The notes under the pieces are model-generated. The model had not been told where the DNA came from. It saw nothing but the letters and a program-made list of their open reading frames with translations, and did no database searches. Both the position numbers and the translations under genes were made by a program. From positions 90,001-122,000 of the forward strand of contig JAUVVC010000004.1 in assembly GCA_030604855.1 (NCBI GenBank): a stretch of DNA of 32,000 nt, given 5' to 3'. Positions 29,456 through 32,000 of the stretch are shown in pieces; the first letter of the stretch is position 1, and every line of letters starts with the position of its first letter. The DNA comes from Erysipelotrichaceae bacterium. Lineage in GTDB: Bacteria; Bacillota_I; Bacilli_A; Erysipelotrichales; Erysipelotrichaceae.

Positions 29456-31116
29456 AAACAGATATTGAAATTGCACAAAGTGTACAGGGTTTAGGCATAG
29501 AGGAAATTGCGAAGAAGATCGACATACAGACAACTGCGCTGGAAATGTATGGTAAGACAAAAGCAAAGATCAATTTGAGTGAATTGGGTGATCTTGATCA
29601 AAAACCAAAAGGTAAATTGGTTTTGGTCACGGCTTTGACGCCGACAAAGGCAGGCGAAGGTAAATCAACCACGACAGTTGGTTTAGTGGATGGACTCGCT
29701 ACGATTGGTAAGAAAGTCATGGGTTGCTTGCGTGAACCTTCATTAGGCCCGGTTTTTGGAGTCAAGGGGGGAGCTACCGGAGGTGGCTTTGCTCAAGTTA
29801 TTCCCATGGAAGACATCAACCTTCACTTTACTGGAGATATGCATGCCATTACGGCTGCCAATAATCTTGTGAGTGCAATCCTTGATAATCATCTCTATCA
29901 AGGCAATGCGTTGAATATCAATCCAGAGCGTATTTCGTGGAAACGCTGCATGGATATGAACGATCGTGCTTTAAGGAATGTGGATGTGGCTTTGGATGAC
30001 AAAAAAGGGACGCCACGTCGGGATCATTTCATCATTACAGTAGCTTCACCTATGATGGCGATGCTTTGCTTGTCAAAGGATATCCAGGATTTCAAGAAAA
30101 GAGTCGATCGTACGATTGTAGCGTATACCTATGATGATAAACCGGTCACGATCAAGGACCTTCAAGTGACGGGATCCGTAGCGGTTTTAATGAAAGATGC
30201 GATCAAACCAAACCTTGTTCAAACCTTGGAAGGGAATCCTGTCTTTATTCATGGGGGGCCATTCGCAAACATCGCACATGGCAGCAATTCAATCATCGCC
30301 ACAAGAACCGCTCTTAAGTTAGCGGATATCGTTGTTACAGAAGCAGGCTTTGGTTCGGATTTAGGTGCACAAAAGTTCATGGATATCACCAGTCGTGCTG
30401 GTGAGTTCAATGCGGATGCTGTGGTATTGGTTGCTACGGTACGCGCACTCAAGATGCATGGTCAAGTTGCTTATGAGAACTTAAAAGAAGTGAATGTGGA
30501 AGCCGTACAGAATGGGTTGGCAAATTTAGGTCGTCACATTGACATCATCAAACAGTACAAAGTACCTTTAGTGGTTGCTCTAAATCGCTTTACTTCGGAT
30601 AGTGCAGATGAAATTGAGCTTGTTAGGAACTATTGCATGAGTAAAGGTGTTTCCTTTGAAATCAATGAATCTTGGGCAAAAGGTGGTCAAGGGGCTGCTG
30701 ATTTAGCTAAAACTGTTGTTAATCTTATTAATAATAAGAATGATTATCATCCTTTATATTCGATGGAACTAAGTATATCTGAGAAAGTTGAAAAAATCGC
30801 GAAGAATATCTATAAAGCAAAGGGTGTTCAATATACAGAGAAAGCATTGAATCAGTTAAAAGAGCTTGAGCGTTTAGGATTGGATCGACTTAATGTATGT
30901 ATTGCCAAAACACAAGCATCCCTAAGTGATGATCCAAAAAAAATCGGTGCACCAGAAGACTTTGAAATTACAGTTCGAGAGTTGAATGTTTCGAGTGGTG
31001 CGGATTTTGTCGTTGTGATTGCGGGATCCATCATGACCATGCCGGGTTTATCCAAAGAGCCTGCAGCTGTACACATTGATATCCTAGAAAACAACGAAAT
31101 CGTCGGCTTATTTTAA
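29452..31116 (+). CDS. fhs: formate--tetrahydrofolate ligase
   Basis: 554 aa with MKTDIEIAQ..., TPTKAGEGKSTTTVGL and EPSLGPVFGVKGGATGGG. ATGA overlap with the recR stop. Confidence 0.95.
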   Translation: MKTDIEIAQSVQGLGIEEIAKKIDIQTTALEMYGKTKAKINLSELGDLDQKPKGKLVLVTALTPTKAGEGKSTTTVGLVDGLATIGKKVMGCLREPSLGPVFGVKGGATGGGFAQVIPMEDINLHFTGDMHAITAANNLVSAILDNHLYQGNALNINPERISWKRCMDMNDRALRNVDVALDDKKGTPRRDHFIITVASPMMAMLCLSKDIQDFKKRVDRTIVAYTYDDKPVTIKDLQVTGSVAVLMKDAIKPNLVQTLEGNPVFIHGGPFANIAHGSNSIIATRTALKLADIVVTEAGFGSDLGAQKFMDITSRAGEFNADAVVLVATVRALKMHGQVAYENLKEVNVEAVQNGLANLGRHIDIIKQYKVPLVVALNRFTSDSADEIELVRNYCMSKGVSFEINESWAKGGQGAADLAKTVVNLINNKNDYHPLYSMELSISEKVEKIAKNIYKAKGVQYTEKALNQLKELERLGLDRLNVCIAKTQASLSDDPKKIGAPEDFEITVRELNVSSGADFVVVIAGSIMTMPGLSKEPAAVHIDILENNEIVGLF

Positions 31117-31146
31117 AGAAGAAAAAGATGTTATAATAGCACTGAC

Positions 31147-32000
31147 ATGGCTTCAATAGCGTACATCACAGACCGTCATATGATTGAATTTCATCGTTTG
31201 AATGGTAATCAAACGATAAGTTTTTGGCGTCCTTCTGTGGGAAAGCGTTTTGCGGATTTTAATCATGGTGATTTACTTTTCTTTTTAGCAAAAGGAACAG
31301 AATTAAAGACGACAGGAGAAAAGGGCATCATTGGTTATGGTCGCTTCGATCACGGTGTCAGTCATTCGTTTCGGCAAATGTGGAATCATTTCGAAAGTTT
31401 GAATGGATATCCGGATCAAAAGAGCTTCAAAGATGCGATTCTTAGGGTCGCCAAGGCAAAAACGCTCCCAACAAGCATCAGTAGTTTAATATTGAAAGAC
31501 ATTGTCTTTTTCCAAGCCCCTGTTTATTTGAGTGAGTTTGGGATGAGGATATCGAACAATCTTGAGAGTTTCATCTACCTGGATAAAGAAGATCCGGAAA
31601 TGACCGTTAAAATCTTGAAAAAGGCAAATGAGATCGGTGTCGATGCATGGGCAAACGCCATGAGTCGATCTTCACGATCGAGTTCTGTGTTTGATGATGA
31701 TTTAGCCAGACATGTCTTACAACTGCATCTTCAAAATTTCGGTGCGCTCAGTACAGAAAAAGAGACCCGTAAACAAACGCGGATCTTAAATGAACTGTGT
31801 GCAAAATCAAGTCAACTACAATGGCTGGATGCACGTAAGCAAGAATTAATAGCGTTCAACGATGAGGGCATCGAGCTGTACTTCAGTATCGACTGCAATA
31901 AGAATCAAATCATGGAGCGTGTGGTCTACAGCTTTGGTAAATTCAGTCTTGTGCGTAAGTTGGCACGTGAAATCCCTAATTTCAATCAGAAAATCAGCTT
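31147..32000 (+). CDS. partial CDS (3' end beyond the right edge), uncharacterised protein; the N-terminal ~110 aa resemble the PUA-like domain found at the N-terminus of some HNH/type IV restriction proteins
   Basis: Hand-translated, absent from the ORF track because it has no stop: MASIAYITDRHMIEFHRLNGNQTISFWRPSVGKRFADFNHGDLLFFLAKG...GIIGYGRF...; open for 284 codons to the window end. TGtTATAAT at 31129-31137, 9 nt before the ATG. The domain resemblance is from memory of the family pattern, not a search. Confidence 0.6.
   Translation, partial: MASIAYITDRHMIEFHRLNGNQTISFWRPSVGKRFADFNHGDLLFFLAKGTELKTTGEKGIIGYGRFDHGVSHSFRQMWNHFESLNGYPDQKSFKDAILRVAKAKTLPTSISSLILKDIVFFQAPVYLSEFGMRISNNLESFIYLDKEDPEMTVKILKKANEIGVDAWANAMSRSSRSSSVFDDDLARHVLQLHLQNFGALSTEKETRKQTRILNELCAKSSQLQWLDARKQELIAFNDEGIELYFSIDCNKNQIMERVVYSFGKFSLVRKLAREIPNFNQKIS

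Overview
This window is the chromosomal replication-origin region of a low-GC Gram-positive (Bacillota-type) bacterium. It is almost entirely core housekeeping. The layout is rnpA-rpmH | oriC | dnaA-dnaN-yaaA-recF-gyrB-gyrA. Left of oriC nearly all genes are on the minus strand: rsmI, yaaT/ricT, holB, tmk, gpmI, divIC, yabO/rqcP, mfd, pth, jag/khpB, yidC, rnpA and rpmH (found by hand, absent from the ORF track). Right of oriC everything is on the plus strand: dnaA to gyrA, a membrane GGDEF-hemerythrin protein, T-box-controlled serS, a minimal (about 79 nt) SRP RNA, tadA, dnaX, recR, fhs, and an unknown ORF that runs off the right edge. oriC is bipartite, with DnaA-box clusters on both sides of dnaA. 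I see no transposase, integrase, phage gene, CRISPR array, rRNA or tRNA, and no multi-gene accessory island, so I cannot honestly point to a complete novel system. The most interesting things I can support are these. (1) Two perfect consensus parS centromere sites bracket serS; one forms the core of Stem III of the serS T-box leader and the other overlaps the -35 of the SRP RNA promoter. (2) A 7TM-like GGDEF protein carries a complete hemerythrin di-iron ligand set immediately after gyrA. (3) A TATAAT-N6-9-ATG arrangement without a Shine-Dalgarno recurs at five genes, suggesting leaderless mRNAs. (4) The truncated ORF at 31147 has an N-terminus that resembles the PUA-like domain of modification-dependent nucleases. 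(5) Several conserved neighbours are absent: yabA, ybaB, parAB and mnmEG. All product calls come from reading the translations by eye; no database search was run.
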